64,000 nt of DNA from Nitrospirota bacterium (GTDB lineage: Bacteria > Nitrospirota > Nitrospiria > Nitrospirales > Nitrospiraceae), in assembly GCA_963701855.1 (NCBI GenBank), contig CAVPBK010000006.1:1312001-1376000 (forward strand), read 5' to 3'. The notes below the pieces were generated by a model, which worked only from the letters and a program-made list of their open reading frames with translations, searched no databases and was not told the origin of the DNA. Of this stretch, positions 39,238 to 49,057 are shown piece by piece. How positions within the stretch are numbered: position 1 is the stretch's first letter; each line of letters starts with the position of its first letter. The position numbers and the translations under genes were made by a program.

Positions 39238-39696
39238 ATGTCGACCATTGAAAAGTCCATTGACGTCAACGTGCCGGAATATACCGCCTACGCTCAATGG
39301 ATGAAATTTGAGGAATTTCCCCAGTTCATGGAGGGTGTGAAAGAAGTCACACGGCTGGATGCCAAACGGTTTCATTGGAAAGCAGAGATCGCGGACCAGG
39401 AGAAAGAGTGGGATACGGAGATCACAGAGAAGACGGCGGACCAGCGTCTTGCGTGGACGAGTCGAGGCAGCGACATCAAGGGATGGGTCGTGACGTTTCA
39501 CCAGCTCTCGAATGCCAGGTCAAAAATCATGCTGCAAGTAGAGTATGACCCTCAGGGTGTCGCCGAACATGTAGGAGATGCAGTAGGAGTGGTGTCTCAG
39601 CGCGTCCAGGGGGACCTGGAGCGATTTAAGGCACTCATCGAAAAGCGTTGGCACCCGCCTGGCCGCGACACAATCTTCGACAATTTTCCCATGTAG
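39238..39696 (+). CDS. SRPBCC/polyketide cyclase family protein
   Basis: AGGAGG RBS; IEKSIDVNVP..TAY.QW..FEEFPQFMEGV, GDLERFK. Confidence 0.9.
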   Translation: MSTIEKSIDVNVPEYTAYAQWMKFEEFPQFMEGVKEVTRLDAKRFHWKAEIADQEKEWDTEITEKTADQRLAWTSRGSDIKGWVVTFHQLSNARSKIMLQVEYDPQGVAEHVGDAVGVVSQRVQGDLERFKALIEKRWHPPGRDTIFDNFPM

Positions 39697-39738
39697 CAGG
39701 ATGCGGGAACACTGCTGGCGGACTTTTCCAGCATCCTG
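39694..39738. repeat. Minimal Family A element
   Basis: TAGCAGGATGC...GCTGGCGGACTTTTCCAGCATCCTG. Confidence 0.6.
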
Positions 39739-39903
39739 GCACAGGCGCGTTCAAGCCTGTGCCTCAAGTCGGTACTTACCTTCAGCTATCCTTTACCCAG
39801 AGCCACTTTGCGCGTGGTTAGGAGGGCACCCATCTTGCTGATCTCCTCGTGGTTTCCATGTGCGGTGTAGAGGGCATTACATGAACATGAAAAGGGGGAT
39901 CCG

Positions 39904-40770
39904 ATGGCGCCAGTATTGGAACTCGATCGGCAGACAGCCTCGTTTGTGCGGCAACTCGAAGAGCAACGGAAACTCGAAAAGACTCTTCTGGTCGAACGGG
40001 TTCGCGGAACGAAGGAAGGGCTGGAGTCGGTCTTTAGCGACATCAAGAGCCGTGTGGCGTTGCTGGAGAAGCTGAACGGGTCGGCGAGTGCCAGCTGCAT
40101 TGCGCCGATCGGCTGGAGCAAGCTGATCTTTACCGGAGCGGACAGTGTCTCGGCGCCGAACACCATCGGATTCGGCGATCGGGATGAAACGTTGTGCAAG
40201 CTCGATCAGATCAAATACCTCGAAGATACGCACTATCTCCGTCTTGCCGCGAATCCCCACTATGTGGAACATGTACTGCCGAATAAATCGCTCCAGGCGC
40301 GCGTCGGAGCAAATCCTTCTCTCTGGGATACGCTCGGGTATGTCCATGCGGGCTACACGACCCTGCTGCAGATTCCTCCCTCGTTAGAACCGACGACGGT
40401 GTCGATTATGTCGCGGGTGAACACCTTGTTTAATTGGGTTGAAGTGAACGCGGTCGGAGACGAGTGGTACGCCCATGTGTCGGCTGCTGTGCGGCTGTGG
40501 GTGACCTATGATGGCGAGTTTCGGCAGGCGCCGCCTGCCCAGTTCGTGAACCTGCTTGCGTCACCCAAACAATTGCGGACGCATCAGGATATAGCGTCAC
40601 CCGCGCCGAGCGCGGCAGTGACGATGCAAGTTTCCGCCTCAGCCGGCAGCGGCACGACGATCAATGTGTACGAATCCATCGAACTCGTCGCTACCACCCC
40701 GAACGGCCATGCCTACCTTGACGGCATATTTTCATGGGAACCTTTAGCGGTGCAGTTACGCGAAGGGTAG
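39904..40770 (+). CDS. Hypothetical protein (N-terminal coiled coil, beta-rich C-terminus)
   Basis: 288-aa ORF with AAGGGGG RBS; no recognised motif. Confidence 0.65.
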   Translation: MAPVLELDRQTASFVRQLEEQRKLEKTLLVERVRGTKEGLESVFSDIKSRVALLEKLNGSASASCIAPIGWSKLIFTGADSVSAPNTIGFGDRDETLCKLDQIKYLEDTHYLRLAANPHYVEHVLPNKSLQARVGANPSLWDTLGYVHAGYTTLLQIPPSLEPTTVSIMSRVNTLFNWVEVNAVGDEWYAHVSAAVRLWVTYDGEFRQAPPAQFVNLLASPKQLRTHQDIASPAPSAAVTMQVSASAGSGTTINVYESIELVATTPNGHAYLDGIFSWEPLAVQLREG

Positions 40771-40895
40771 CAGGATGCTGAAAAAGTCCGCCAGCGTCGT
40801 TCTCGCATCGTTCAGATCCTCAACATACCCCAGAGGGTACGCCTCCGGTCTTCACTCGTTGCGGCCTTGCTGGACAGCCTTTTTGAGCATCCTGC
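40768..40895. repeat. Family A repeat (short form)
   Basis: TAGCAGGATGCTGAAAAAGTCCGCCAGC...CCTTTTTGAGCATCCTG. Confidence 0.85.
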
Positions 40896-41016
40896 GATTA
40901 TTTTGACATCGGCGCCCATGGAAGATTCCATCGACGATTTGTGTATAGAATGAGTTTCTCCGAAGCCTGCCAGCTCTTTTGAACATCCTTTGGGATTAGT
41001 GGTCGAGGATGGCTCT

Positions 41017-42282
41017 CTATGAATAGAGTGTGTGCACGATTTCTGTCGTGTTGAACAGCATCGCATTCAGGCGGGTGTAGGCCGCGTGGCCGTAGTAGTG
41101 GTCGCGCACATTGGTTGATCCGGTGGAGTCTTTGTAGTCGGTGAGAATCCCCAGCCCCTCACTCGGGATACGGACGGCGCGGCGGGCACATTCCAGCCAA
41201 CGCTCGAATCCGTCGTAGGGCTCGAACAGCTCCCACACTGCTTTGTTCGCCGCTTTGGCCGCCTCGGTCGTCGGCATCGCGTCGCTCCCTGCGACTGCGA
41301 GTTCTTGCACGTAGTCGCCACCCCACGCAATTGGCATCTCCATCGTGATCTGGGGTAATTCCATTTTCGAGAGCCATGTCTTGCCGTCGGTCCGCATATT
41401 GCGGTGGTTGACGATGTGCAAGAGCTTACCGATTCCCGACAGGTCCCATCCATATCGCACCGCCGTCCCGTATGTGACGATATCCAGCGTCGCTCCATTG
41501 AGGAGGGCGCCATTCGACAGCAGCGGAGCGAGACGCTGGATCGTCAAGACGATGTCTGGTCGATTGATCTGTGAGGCAAAAGCCGACAAGAGGTCGAGCA
41601 GCCGTTTCCTGCTACTATTCGCGTTTACACATAAGAGGTTCGAGACGAGGGCGAGGACTAACCCGGCCTGCCCATGCGCTTGCACGAGGATTCGATCTCC
41701 TTGGCCCAGCTTGTAGGCCTCGACCCAGTCGCGAAGCCGACCGAGCATCAAGACAGCCGCCATGGCACGACCTAGATGATGGTGTTCACAGGACCAGAGA
41801 TCGCGGATGCAGTGGATCGGACGATCCAGGCCTTGGTTGAGCGACTGTTTCATTAGTTCCATATAGGCGTTTGTGAAATTGCCGGCATCCCCGATCTGTT
41901 CATCAAGCAATCTCTTGGTGGCGTCATCATTTTCGAGGGGTGTCTTCAACCCACCGAGAAGCGGTGAAATGCCGTTACTGCTTTCACGCATCAGGGCCAA
42001 TAAAGCATCGAGGCCTGCCACGCCGCGCGAGTAGCCACGTTTGAGACCACCCAGCTCATCCAATCGTTGCACTCCAAAGACGTCGGTCCCCATGATGGAG
42101 CCGTGCAGCAAGACGATCACGCGGACACCGGTTTGTGCGAGGCGCTTGCCGAGGGCAGCCATGGTGTCCTGTCCGGCGGGTGATTCCGATAGGTCAGTCA
42201 GGGTGACCTCCCGAATGGCGAGGCGCTCGCCGGGATTCTTTCGTGACAACTCGTCATGTTGAAAACTATTTTCGATTGGCAT
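41017..42282 (-). CDS. Hypothetical protein, alpha/beta-hydrolase-like
   Basis: VLLHGS, LWSCEHHHLGR, VQAHGQAG, VTYGT, GDYVQ. Confidence 0.7.
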   Translation of the reverse strand: MPIENSFQHDELSRKNPGERLAIREVTLTDLSESPAGQDTMAALGKRLAQTGVRVIVLLHGSIMGTDVFGVQRLDELGGLKRGYSRGVAGLDALLALMRESSNGISPLLGGLKTPLENDDATKRLLDEQIGDAGNFTNAYMELMKQSLNQGLDRPIHCIRDLWSCEHHHLGRAMAAVLMLGRLRDWVEAYKLGQGDRILVQAHGQAGLVLALVSNLLCVNANSSRKRLLDLLSAFASQINRPDIVLTIQRLAPLLSNGALLNGATLDIVTYGTAVRYGWDLSGIGKLLHIVNHRNMRTDGKTWLSKMELPQITMEMPIAWGGDYVQELAVAGSDAMPTTEAAKAANKAVWELFEPYDGFERWLECARRAVRIPSEGLGILTDYKDSTGSTNVRDHYYGHAAYTRLNAMLFNTTEIVHTLYS

Positions 42283-42330
42283 GGGAAGGTTACATACCCG
42301 ATGTAGGTGACGGACTGCAACGGAAGATCG

Positions 42331-42620
42331 GCAGGATGCTGAAAAAGCCCGCCAGCATCGTTCTCGCTTCGCTCAGAGGCTCAACGTACCGAATGAGACG
42401 CCGGAGGTCGGAAGCACTAGCGGGGCTTATCCATTCGCCAAGATCCATCGCAAGGGCGAACGGCCCACACGAAGTGCGGTTTGTACCTCCTCGCCTCTTC
42501 GCTCGCTGCGGCCTTGCTGGACGGCCTTTTTGAGCATCCTGCGAGGACTCCTTTTCTTGTCCCAGACTCGTAGGCCATCGAGGCTTTGCGATGCCGAAAT
42601 GGTTTTTCCGTAGCCTGTTA
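42331..42620. repeat. Family A repeat (medium form plus extension)
   Basis: Core 42332-42541 near-identical to the 47563 copy minus a ~47-bp module; extension ends TTTTTCCGTAGCCTGTTA. Confidence 0.85.
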
Positions 42621-42633
42621 TAGGGAAGACTGT

Positions 42634-43200
42634 TTATCGAATGGCTGTCGGGGTGGATTCTTGGTGTTCGGGTGCTGGTTTGGGCTGGATCTGGCTTTTG
42701 GGCATGATGGCGGTGGCGGTGCAGATCTTATTCTCTTCGTCGATTTGGCGATCTACGATCTTCACGCCCTGAAGATATTCCTGGACGATTTCTTCCCTGG
42801 TGAGTTCGATGTCCTGTTCCGTCTCTCGGCCTGTCCTCTCGCGAACTCGGTCGACCGTGTGCTCTTTCACCAGAATACGGATCTGTTTGGCCAAGTCGGT
42901 GCGGGCAGAGAGTTCCGACACCCGCCGGCAGATGATTGGGCCTTTCGCCATGTCCCCCTGGCCCTTGCCAATCAAGTAGAGATCGTTTGAATAGTTGTTG
43001 CGATCTTCAACCTTGTGGCGCAACCCGGACGGCACGCTCGAAGAGTTTTGTTGTCCTGTTTGCTGCTTGAGTCGATCGAAGGATTGTTCAGCGTGGCTGC
43101 GAGCATCGCCTGAGTCCGCAGCAAACGCATACAGCGGCAACAAGACCGAACAGCCGGCGGCGATCAACGCAACAATCAATCGACTGCCTCTGTTCCTCAT
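42634..43200 (-). CDS. Secreted LPP20-like domain protein
   Basis: Signal peptide; YLIGKGQG...SELSARTDLAKQIRILV. Confidence 0.6.
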   Translation of the reverse strand: MRNRGSRLIVALIAAGCSVLLPLYAFAADSGDARSHAEQSFDRLKQQTGQQNSSSVPSGLRHKVEDRNNYSNDLYLIGKGQGDMAKGPIICRRVSELSARTDLAKQIRILVKEHTVDRVRERTGRETEQDIELTREEIVQEYLQGVKIVDRQIDEENKICTATAIMPKSQIQPKPAPEHQESTPTAIR

Positions 43201-43203
43201 TCG

Positions 43204-44505
43204 CTACCTCCCTTGTCCTCTGCCCCCACCATCCCCTCCTCCGTGGCCTGCACTGTTGTGTCCTCCGCCACCAAATCCCCTTGGTGCAATCTGATGGGGC
43301 ACGTGTGGAACATGATGGAGGGTCGGCGGATGGACCTGATGCATCGTCGGGGGTAATTGTCTTGTCGCAGGTGGTGTGCCCGCCCCTGCCTGCGAGGGCT
43401 GTAAAAACTGCTGAAGCGTTTGACCTGACCGAGAGCCGTGAACCGGAGTCTGTTGCGAGCCGTGCGGAACAGCGCTCGGTGGCGGCAAGAAGGGGTTCAA
43501 CTGGCGGACATCGGTCAATGTTCTCGACCCCGTTGAGGGCGGCATATGATGTATCTCGCCTGGTTGATTGCCGATGTGCGGTGGTGCCGTCGGTGTGCTG
43601 TGCGTGATCTCATTCAACGTTCGTGGAACAGTCTGCGATCCCGGTGCCGGCATGATCAGATGGCGCGGCATGGTCGGTTGCCTCGTCCCCGGTGCAGGGG
43701 GAACGGGCGGTTGTGGCGGTGACGGCGGCTGTCTTGAGGTAATCACTTGTTGCGCCACATGGACATGCTGGCTTGTGGGATATAAGCCCTGTGCGACGTT
43801 CAGGAGAGCCTGGAGACGGTACAACCCCACCAAGGAAGAAGAGGAATAACCAGCCGGCGAGACGAGCACCCAATCCGTCCAGACTTGCGAGACCATGGCG
43901 TTCGATTGCACCCGATTCAAGATATCTTGGCGTTGTTGGGTCGCCTGCTGTGTTTGCTCGGCGGTCGAAGCTTGCGCCAAGGCCTGATTCGCTGCATCGA
44001 GATCCTGTTGTAGTTGATCATTTTCCTGTTGCAGTGAAACGAGTTGATGCCTGGCGTCCTCGTTCTCCCGCAAGGCCGCGATGGCCTGTCGCACTTCTTC
44101 CGTATCGATCTGGGCCACTAGATCTGTGCGGACAACAATGCTATCTCCATTGAGCGTCGTGTCGGTCTTTTGCTCCAGGACAAGGACCAAGCCAGCGGTA
44201 TAGGTCCGGATTTCGTCTTTCGTTACATCCATGCCATCCACAATTGTGATGCTTTCGAGGTAGATGGCGACCTGCTCCAGGGCATTTCGTTTGGCTGCTT
44301 CGGTGGCCAGACGGATGGCGTCTACTCTGGTGTCACGGTCTCCCATCCGATATTCACCCTGAGCGGTCACGACTCGGACCTCTGCCAGTGTTACTGTGGG
44401 CCACAAAGACAGGATGACGAACAGCGCAAGGTGGCGCAGGCTCGGCGATGGGATGAGCTGGAATACCAGTTGAGTGATCGTTTGCGGAGGAGAAATCTGT
44501 GGCAT
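43204..44505 (-). CDS. Secreted protein: FlgT-N/LPP20-like domain, coiled coil, Pro-rich region, Gly-rich tail
   Basis: Signal peptide; VTAQGEYRMGD..T...A...A.EAAKRNALEQ. Confidence 0.65.
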   Translation of the reverse strand: MPQISPPQTITQLVFQLIPSPSLRHLALFVILSLWPTVTLAEVRVVTAQGEYRMGDRDTRVDAIRLATEAAKRNALEQVAIYLESITIVDGMDVTKDEIRTYTAGLVLVLEQKTDTTLNGDSIVVRTDLVAQIDTEEVRQAIAALRENEDARHQLVSLQQENDQLQQDLDAANQALAQASTAEQTQQATQQRQDILNRVQSNAMVSQVWTDWVLVSPAGYSSSSLVGLYRLQALLNVAQGLYPTSQHVHVAQQVITSRQPPSPPQPPVPPAPGTRQPTMPRHLIMPAPGSQTVPRTLNEITHSTPTAPPHIGNQPGEIHHMPPSTGSRTLTDVRQLNPFLPPPSAVPHGSQQTPVHGSRSGQTLQQFLQPSQAGAGTPPATRQLPPTMHQVHPPTLHHVPHVPHQIAPRGFGGGGHNSAGHGGGDGGGRGQGR

Positions 44506-44734
44506 CGCCAACACTCTCTATATAGGACAACCGTGCCAGGGGCCAATTCGCCGGCCCCCACGGAGTTACGAATAAGCATAACACCGCATCGACTGTTGTG
44601 CCAGGAAACGTCACGCCCGCATGAATTCTAATTGATCGTGCGAGCGAGGCCTTGCCTCGCTTGCCTTGGCGGAAAACGCCATGATAGCGTAGACGTCCCC
44701 TTGGAATAGAAAGAACTGATCTGTGCAGATGTTA

Positions 44735-45742
44735 ATGAGCCTTGATCGTGGGTGGTCGGTTCGGATACTGGCCGTATCTCTTTTCGCTCTCTGTCTGGTC
44801 CTTCCGAGAGACGCGGCGGTTGCCGCTGTATCGGTGCCGGCTCCCGCCTCAATGGCTCAGACCGAGCACGTTATTCTCTTTGTCCTCGAAGGATTCGGCC
44901 AAGACTCCCTGAAAGGCGGCACGATGCCGACCCTCAGCCGGTTGATCAAGGAAGGGGCGGTTACCTGGTCTGCCACGGCGGTGAAGCCTGCGTTACGGCT
45001 GCCGACCATGGCGTCATTGATTACGGGCATGCCGGTCGAGAAACACGGCATTACCTGGAACACCTTTGAGTTTAGCCGAGGTTATCCACGCGCTCCGAGC
45101 GTGTTCGACTATCTCGATCTCAGCGGGGGGCGGGACAGCGCGATTTTTCTCATGGATGAGTCGCTGTATCAGTTGGCGCGACCCGAGCCCTATACGGATT
45201 ATCAGATGTGCGGGCCACTGAAGCCTGAATGTAGTACGGATCGAATCGTGTCCTACATCCGTCAATACTTCAAGAAAGCGACCAGCGGCCATGGCTACGG
45301 GCATGCCATTCTTTCGCTGCCGCACTTCCTGGTCGTGCATCTTCCTGAGGCGGGTCGAGTAGGCGTGTCTAAGGGCTGGACTTCGAAGGAGTACCGTGAC
45401 GCGCTTCGCACAGTGGATAAGGCCATGCGCTCCGTGTTGGATATCTATCAAGAGGAGGGTCTGATCAAGCGGACAACCCTGTTCGTGACATCGCTTAGCG
45501 CCGAAGGCAGGGATGCAAACCAAGAACAGGCTGACGTGGACGTTCCGATGGTGCCATGGATTGCCTCGGGAGTGGGGATTAAACCTGGCCACGCGATTCA
45601 CCAGCCGGTTTCTATTATAGATACCGGCGCGACGGTGATGCGGACGTTGGGGTTGCAGACCCATACTGAATGGGAGAGTCGTGCCGTGGAAGAAATCTTT
45701 CAGGCTGCCTTTACCGCGGCCCCACGGGGATCTTCGGAGTAG
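44735..45742 (+). CDS. Alkaline phosphatase/NPP superfamily protein with degenerate active site
   Basis: HVILFVLEG, LPTMASLITG....HGI, VPWIASG.GI, SIIDTGATV..TLG. Confidence 0.75.
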   Translation: MSLDRGWSVRILAVSLFALCLVLPRDAAVAAVSVPAPASMAQTEHVILFVLEGFGQDSLKGGTMPTLSRLIKEGAVTWSATAVKPALRLPTMASLITGMPVEKHGITWNTFEFSRGYPRAPSVFDYLDLSGGRDSAIFLMDESLYQLARPEPYTDYQMCGPLKPECSTDRIVSYIRQYFKKATSGHGYGHAILSLPHFLVVHLPEAGRVGVSKGWTSKEYRDALRTVDKAMRSVLDIYQEEGLIKRTTLFVTSLSAEGRDANQEQADVDVPMVPWIASGVGIKPGHAIHQPVSIIDTGATVMRTLGLQTHTEWESRAVEEIFQAAFTAAPRGSSE

Positions 45743-45749
45743 GTCAGCG

Positions 45750-46184
45750 ATGCAGAATGTGAAATGGTGCATAGGTTGCTGTCTACTCGGAGGGTTACTG
45801 GGCTCCGCAACGGTCATCCAGCTAGCCGCAGCCGGTCAGCCGGCTGCCTATACAAGGGAACATGCGATCACGATTGATGCGACCACCATTACTCCTCAGT
45901 CCTGGTGGCAGGTGCCCGGCGTCACCCCGTCGATTTATGCCTCGGATCCTGAGTCTCTGGATGCCTATAAGACGACCGAGTCTCGTGCCCTTAAACTGAA
46001 GCCGGGAAAATATAAATTTGTGAGCTTCACGTACGATTTTCCGTTCGCGGTGAATTTAGAGGGGAAGCTGGAGTTTGACAAGTCGCTCGACCAATGCGTG
46101 GAGGGACGAGGGACCCAGACCTTAACTGTCCGCTGCAGCCGGACCTATCCGTATAGCGGCCAGCGCGATTACCAGTATCAGTAG
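45750..46184 (+). CDS. Secreted hypothetical protein
   Basis: Signal peptide; operon-like spacing on both sides. Confidence 0.7.
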   Translation: MQNVKWCIGCCLLGGLLGSATVIQLAAAGQPAAYTREHAITIDATTITPQSWWQVPGVTPSIYASDPESLDAYKTTESRALKLKPGKYKFVSFTYDFPFAVNLEGKLEFDKSLDQCVEGRGTQTLTVRCSRTYPYSGQRDYQYQ

Positions 46185-46197
46185 AGGAGCGGTACCA

Positions 46198-47562
46198 ATG
46201 GCCCAGGCGCTTGACGATCTCTTAGAAGCACTCGAGGATGTCGACGACGCGACCCGCGAGGAGGCGTCCAAAGCTCTTGCCGAACTTGCTGACCCCATCA
46301 CATTGGACGCGCTTGTCGGCGCCTGCGGAGATGAGTATTGGACTGTACGCGCCCATGCAGGCTGGGGCGTGGCTAGGATCGGCGGGGCCAAGGCGGTAGA
46401 AGCGCTCATTGTCCTATTTAACGATTCCATCATGGATGTGCGAAACGATGCCGTGGCGGCCATGGCCTCGATGGGAACCGCGGTCGTCGACCGCTTGATT
46501 GTGGCATTGAAGGATGAGCGGTGGCGTGTTCGCGAACATGCCGCGAAAACCTGTGGTGAAATAAAGGACCGGAAAGCTGTCGAGGCCCTCATGTTCGTTT
46601 GTCGAGATCGTGACGGCGCCGTGAAGAGTGCAGTGGCAGAGGCGTTGGGCAAGATCGGCGATCCGAGAGCGATCCCGGCTCTGAGTAAACTCTTCCGCGA
46701 TCCTTCGAAAACGGTGCGAGAGACAGCCGGAACCGCACTCATCTCTATCGGTCAGCCTTCCGTCGATCCGCTGATCGAATGTCTCAAGGATAAAGATTTT
46801 GTGGTCCGGTGCCATGCCGCACGCGCACTCGGTGGCATGACGACCGACTATCAAATCGGCAGAACCTGGGTGCGGGACGCGAAGGTTGTCGATGTTCTGA
46901 TTGTCGCGCTGAAAGATCCGGATCGTGCCGTGCGCGAAGATGCTACGATTGCTCTGGGCCAGATCGGAGATCCACGGGCCATCGATGCCTTGATCGAGGC
47001 GATGAAGGATGGCGTGGTGAAGCGGCATGCCATTGCGTCGCTCGGCATGATCGGCGATCCTCGCGCCTTGCCTCCGGTGCTGGACGCATTGAAGGGCAAG
47101 GGTATTCGACAGGATGGGACTCCGACGCCCGGCTGTATCGTCAGCGAAGACGCCTTTATCAAGGAAGCGGCGGCGACGGCGCTCGGCCAATTCCGCGACC
47201 CGCGTGTCATTCCCGACTTGATCATGCTGTTGAAGGACGGTGTATTGCGCGAGAAGGCCAGTGCCGCCTTGGCCACCATCGGCGATACGGCGATCGAGCC
47301 ATTGATCGCCTTTCTCTATGATCCGAAAGCGTCCGAAGTCGTCGCGGAGGGGGAGCGGGTGCTCTCCTATGCGTCGGTCCGGCTCACGGCGAAAGATGCC
47401 TTGCGGCAATTGGCGCTTGAAACGCTTGAAAAGCTGGGGTGGATGCCTGCGCCGGAAGATATCACCGTCAATTCAAGCGTGGCCGACAATGCCAGAGTGG
47501 ACATGCCTCTTGGCGACACAGGCCGATTCGGTCCTTCGGGAGATTTCGCCAAAAGAGGATAA
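46198..47562 (+). CDS. HEAT (PBS lyase-type) repeat protein 1
   Basis: Repeated LKD.D..VR..AA.ALG.IGDPRA units. Confidence 0.9.
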   Translation: MAQALDDLLEALEDVDDATREEASKALAELADPITLDALVGACGDEYWTVRAHAGWGVARIGGAKAVEALIVLFNDSIMDVRNDAVAAMASMGTAVVDRLIVALKDERWRVREHAAKTCGEIKDRKAVEALMFVCRDRDGAVKSAVAEALGKIGDPRAIPALSKLFRDPSKTVRETAGTALISIGQPSVDPLIECLKDKDFVVRCHAARALGGMTTDYQIGRTWVRDAKVVDVLIVALKDPDRAVREDATIALGQIGDPRAIDALIEAMKDGVVKRHAIASLGMIGDPRALPPVLDALKGKGIRQDGTPTPGCIVSEDAFIKEAAATALGQFRDPRVIPDLIMLLKDGVLREKASAALATIGDTAIEPLIAFLYDPKASEVVAEGERVLSYASVRLTAKDALRQLALETLEKLGWMPAPEDITVNSSVADNARVDMPLGDTGRFGPSGDFAKRG

Positions 47563-47820
47563 CAGGATGCTGAAAAAGACCGCCAGCATCGTTCTCGCAT
47601 CCCTCAGAAGCTCAACGTACCGAATGAGACGCCGGAGGTCGGAAGCACTAGCGGGGCTGATCCATTCGCCAAGATCCATCGCAAGGGCGAACGGCCCACA
47701 CGAAGTGCGGTTTGTACCTCCTCACCTCTTCGCTCGCTGCGGCCTTGCTTGGGGCAAGGCGCATCTCGGCGTGCCAGGGTTGGGCGGGTTGAGGGGTCTG
47801 GCATTTTTTAGCATCCTGCT
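47560..47820 (+). repeat. Family A repeat (long form)
   Basis: TAACAGGATGCTGAAAAAG...TTTTTAGCATCCTG; near-identical to 30513-30772. Confidence 0.9.
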
Positions 47821-47898
47821 GACAGTTCAGACACTGTCATTTAAGAGGGACGTCCATTGATCCGTGAGACGTGAAACATTCTTGGGATTGAGGTTTGC

Positions 47899-48981
47899 AT
47901 GGCCGACGCAGTAGCCGAACAGATTGCTGCGCTCAAAGACAAGGATTGGGCGATTCGCGAAGAGGCTGCCATGATGCTTGGCACACTTCGGGATCCGAGG
48001 GCTGTGGCGCCGTTGGTTTCCGTGCTTCATGACGGCGATCGCGCGGTTCGCGATGCAGCGATCAGTGCGCTCTTGGCCATCGGGGAGCCGGCCATGACGA
48101 CGTTGGGCGCCTGTCTCTCGGATCCAGTGCTCACGGTTCAGGAATTGGCCTCGTCGGTGTTGGCCACCATTGCGGATGCGCGTGTGCTCGCGCCACTCGT
48201 CAAGGCGCTCGCGAGCCCCGATTGGATTGTGCGGATGCATGCCGCTAAGGCAATAGGCCGGATTCAAGACCCTGGAGCGGTGGCGCCATTGGTGCCATTG
48301 CTGCAAGACAAAGTGAAGGCCGTGCGCGAGGAGACGTCGACAGCCCTCGCGGCTATCGGGGAGGCGGCCTTGCCCTCGCTGCTCGCCGCGCTGACCCATA
48401 CTGAATGGCTGGTGCGGCTGCATGCGGTAGAGGCCTTGGGAAAAACGCGGTCGCCGGAGGCGGTGAATCCGCTCTTGTCAGTGCTCTTCAACGATCCTGA
48501 CAGGGCGGTTCGTGAAGATGCCGTCCGTGCGCTCGGCCAGATTGGTGATGCGCGCGCAGTGGAGTTTCTTGTGACGGTGATGAAAGAGCCGGGGCTGCGG
48601 CCGCTAGTGGTTGAGGCGCTGGGCCGGATCGGCGATCGCAGTGCCGTGCCGATGCTGATCAACGTGCTCAAGGGCATGGAGCGGCCGGAGGTCTCGCAGC
48701 CGCTCGATGGCTGCGGCGATCGTTGGGATGAAGAAATAGTGACGTTGAGCGTGGCAGCTAGAGCATTGGGCGCGATCCGAGACGAGGCGGCCATCCCGTC
48801 GCTCATGAAGGCGCTCCATTATACGGTGACGCGCGTGGACGCTGCCGAGGCGCTGACTCGATTCGGCAGCACCGTGATTGTGCCGTTGCTGGCACTACTG
48901 GCACGCGAGTCGGATGACAACATCCGGTACCATATCAAGGAGACGTTGGGCAGGGTGGGCTGGCGGGCGGGGCGTATCTAA
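47899..48981 (+). CDS. HEAT repeat protein 2
   Basis: Multiple HEAT_2 units. Confidence 0.9.
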   Translation: MADAVAEQIAALKDKDWAIREEAAMMLGTLRDPRAVAPLVSVLHDGDRAVRDAAISALLAIGEPAMTTLGACLSDPVLTVQELASSVLATIADARVLAPLVKALASPDWIVRMHAAKAIGRIQDPGAVAPLVPLLQDKVKAVREETSTALAAIGEAALPSLLAALTHTEWLVRLHAVEALGKTRSPEAVNPLLSVLFNDPDRAVREDAVRALGQIGDARAVEFLVTVMKEPGLRPLVVEALGRIGDRSAVPMLINVLKGMERPEVSQPLDGCGDRWDEEIVTLSVAARALGAIRDEAAIPSLMKALHYTVTRVDAAEALTRFGSTVIVPLLALLARESDDNIRYHIKETLGRVGWRAGRI

Positions 48982-49057
48982 CAGGCCAATGCTCAATGCT
49001 GAATATACAATTTTGAAATTATGACTCGGTGCTCACGGTGTTTTTGGTCATAGCGAC

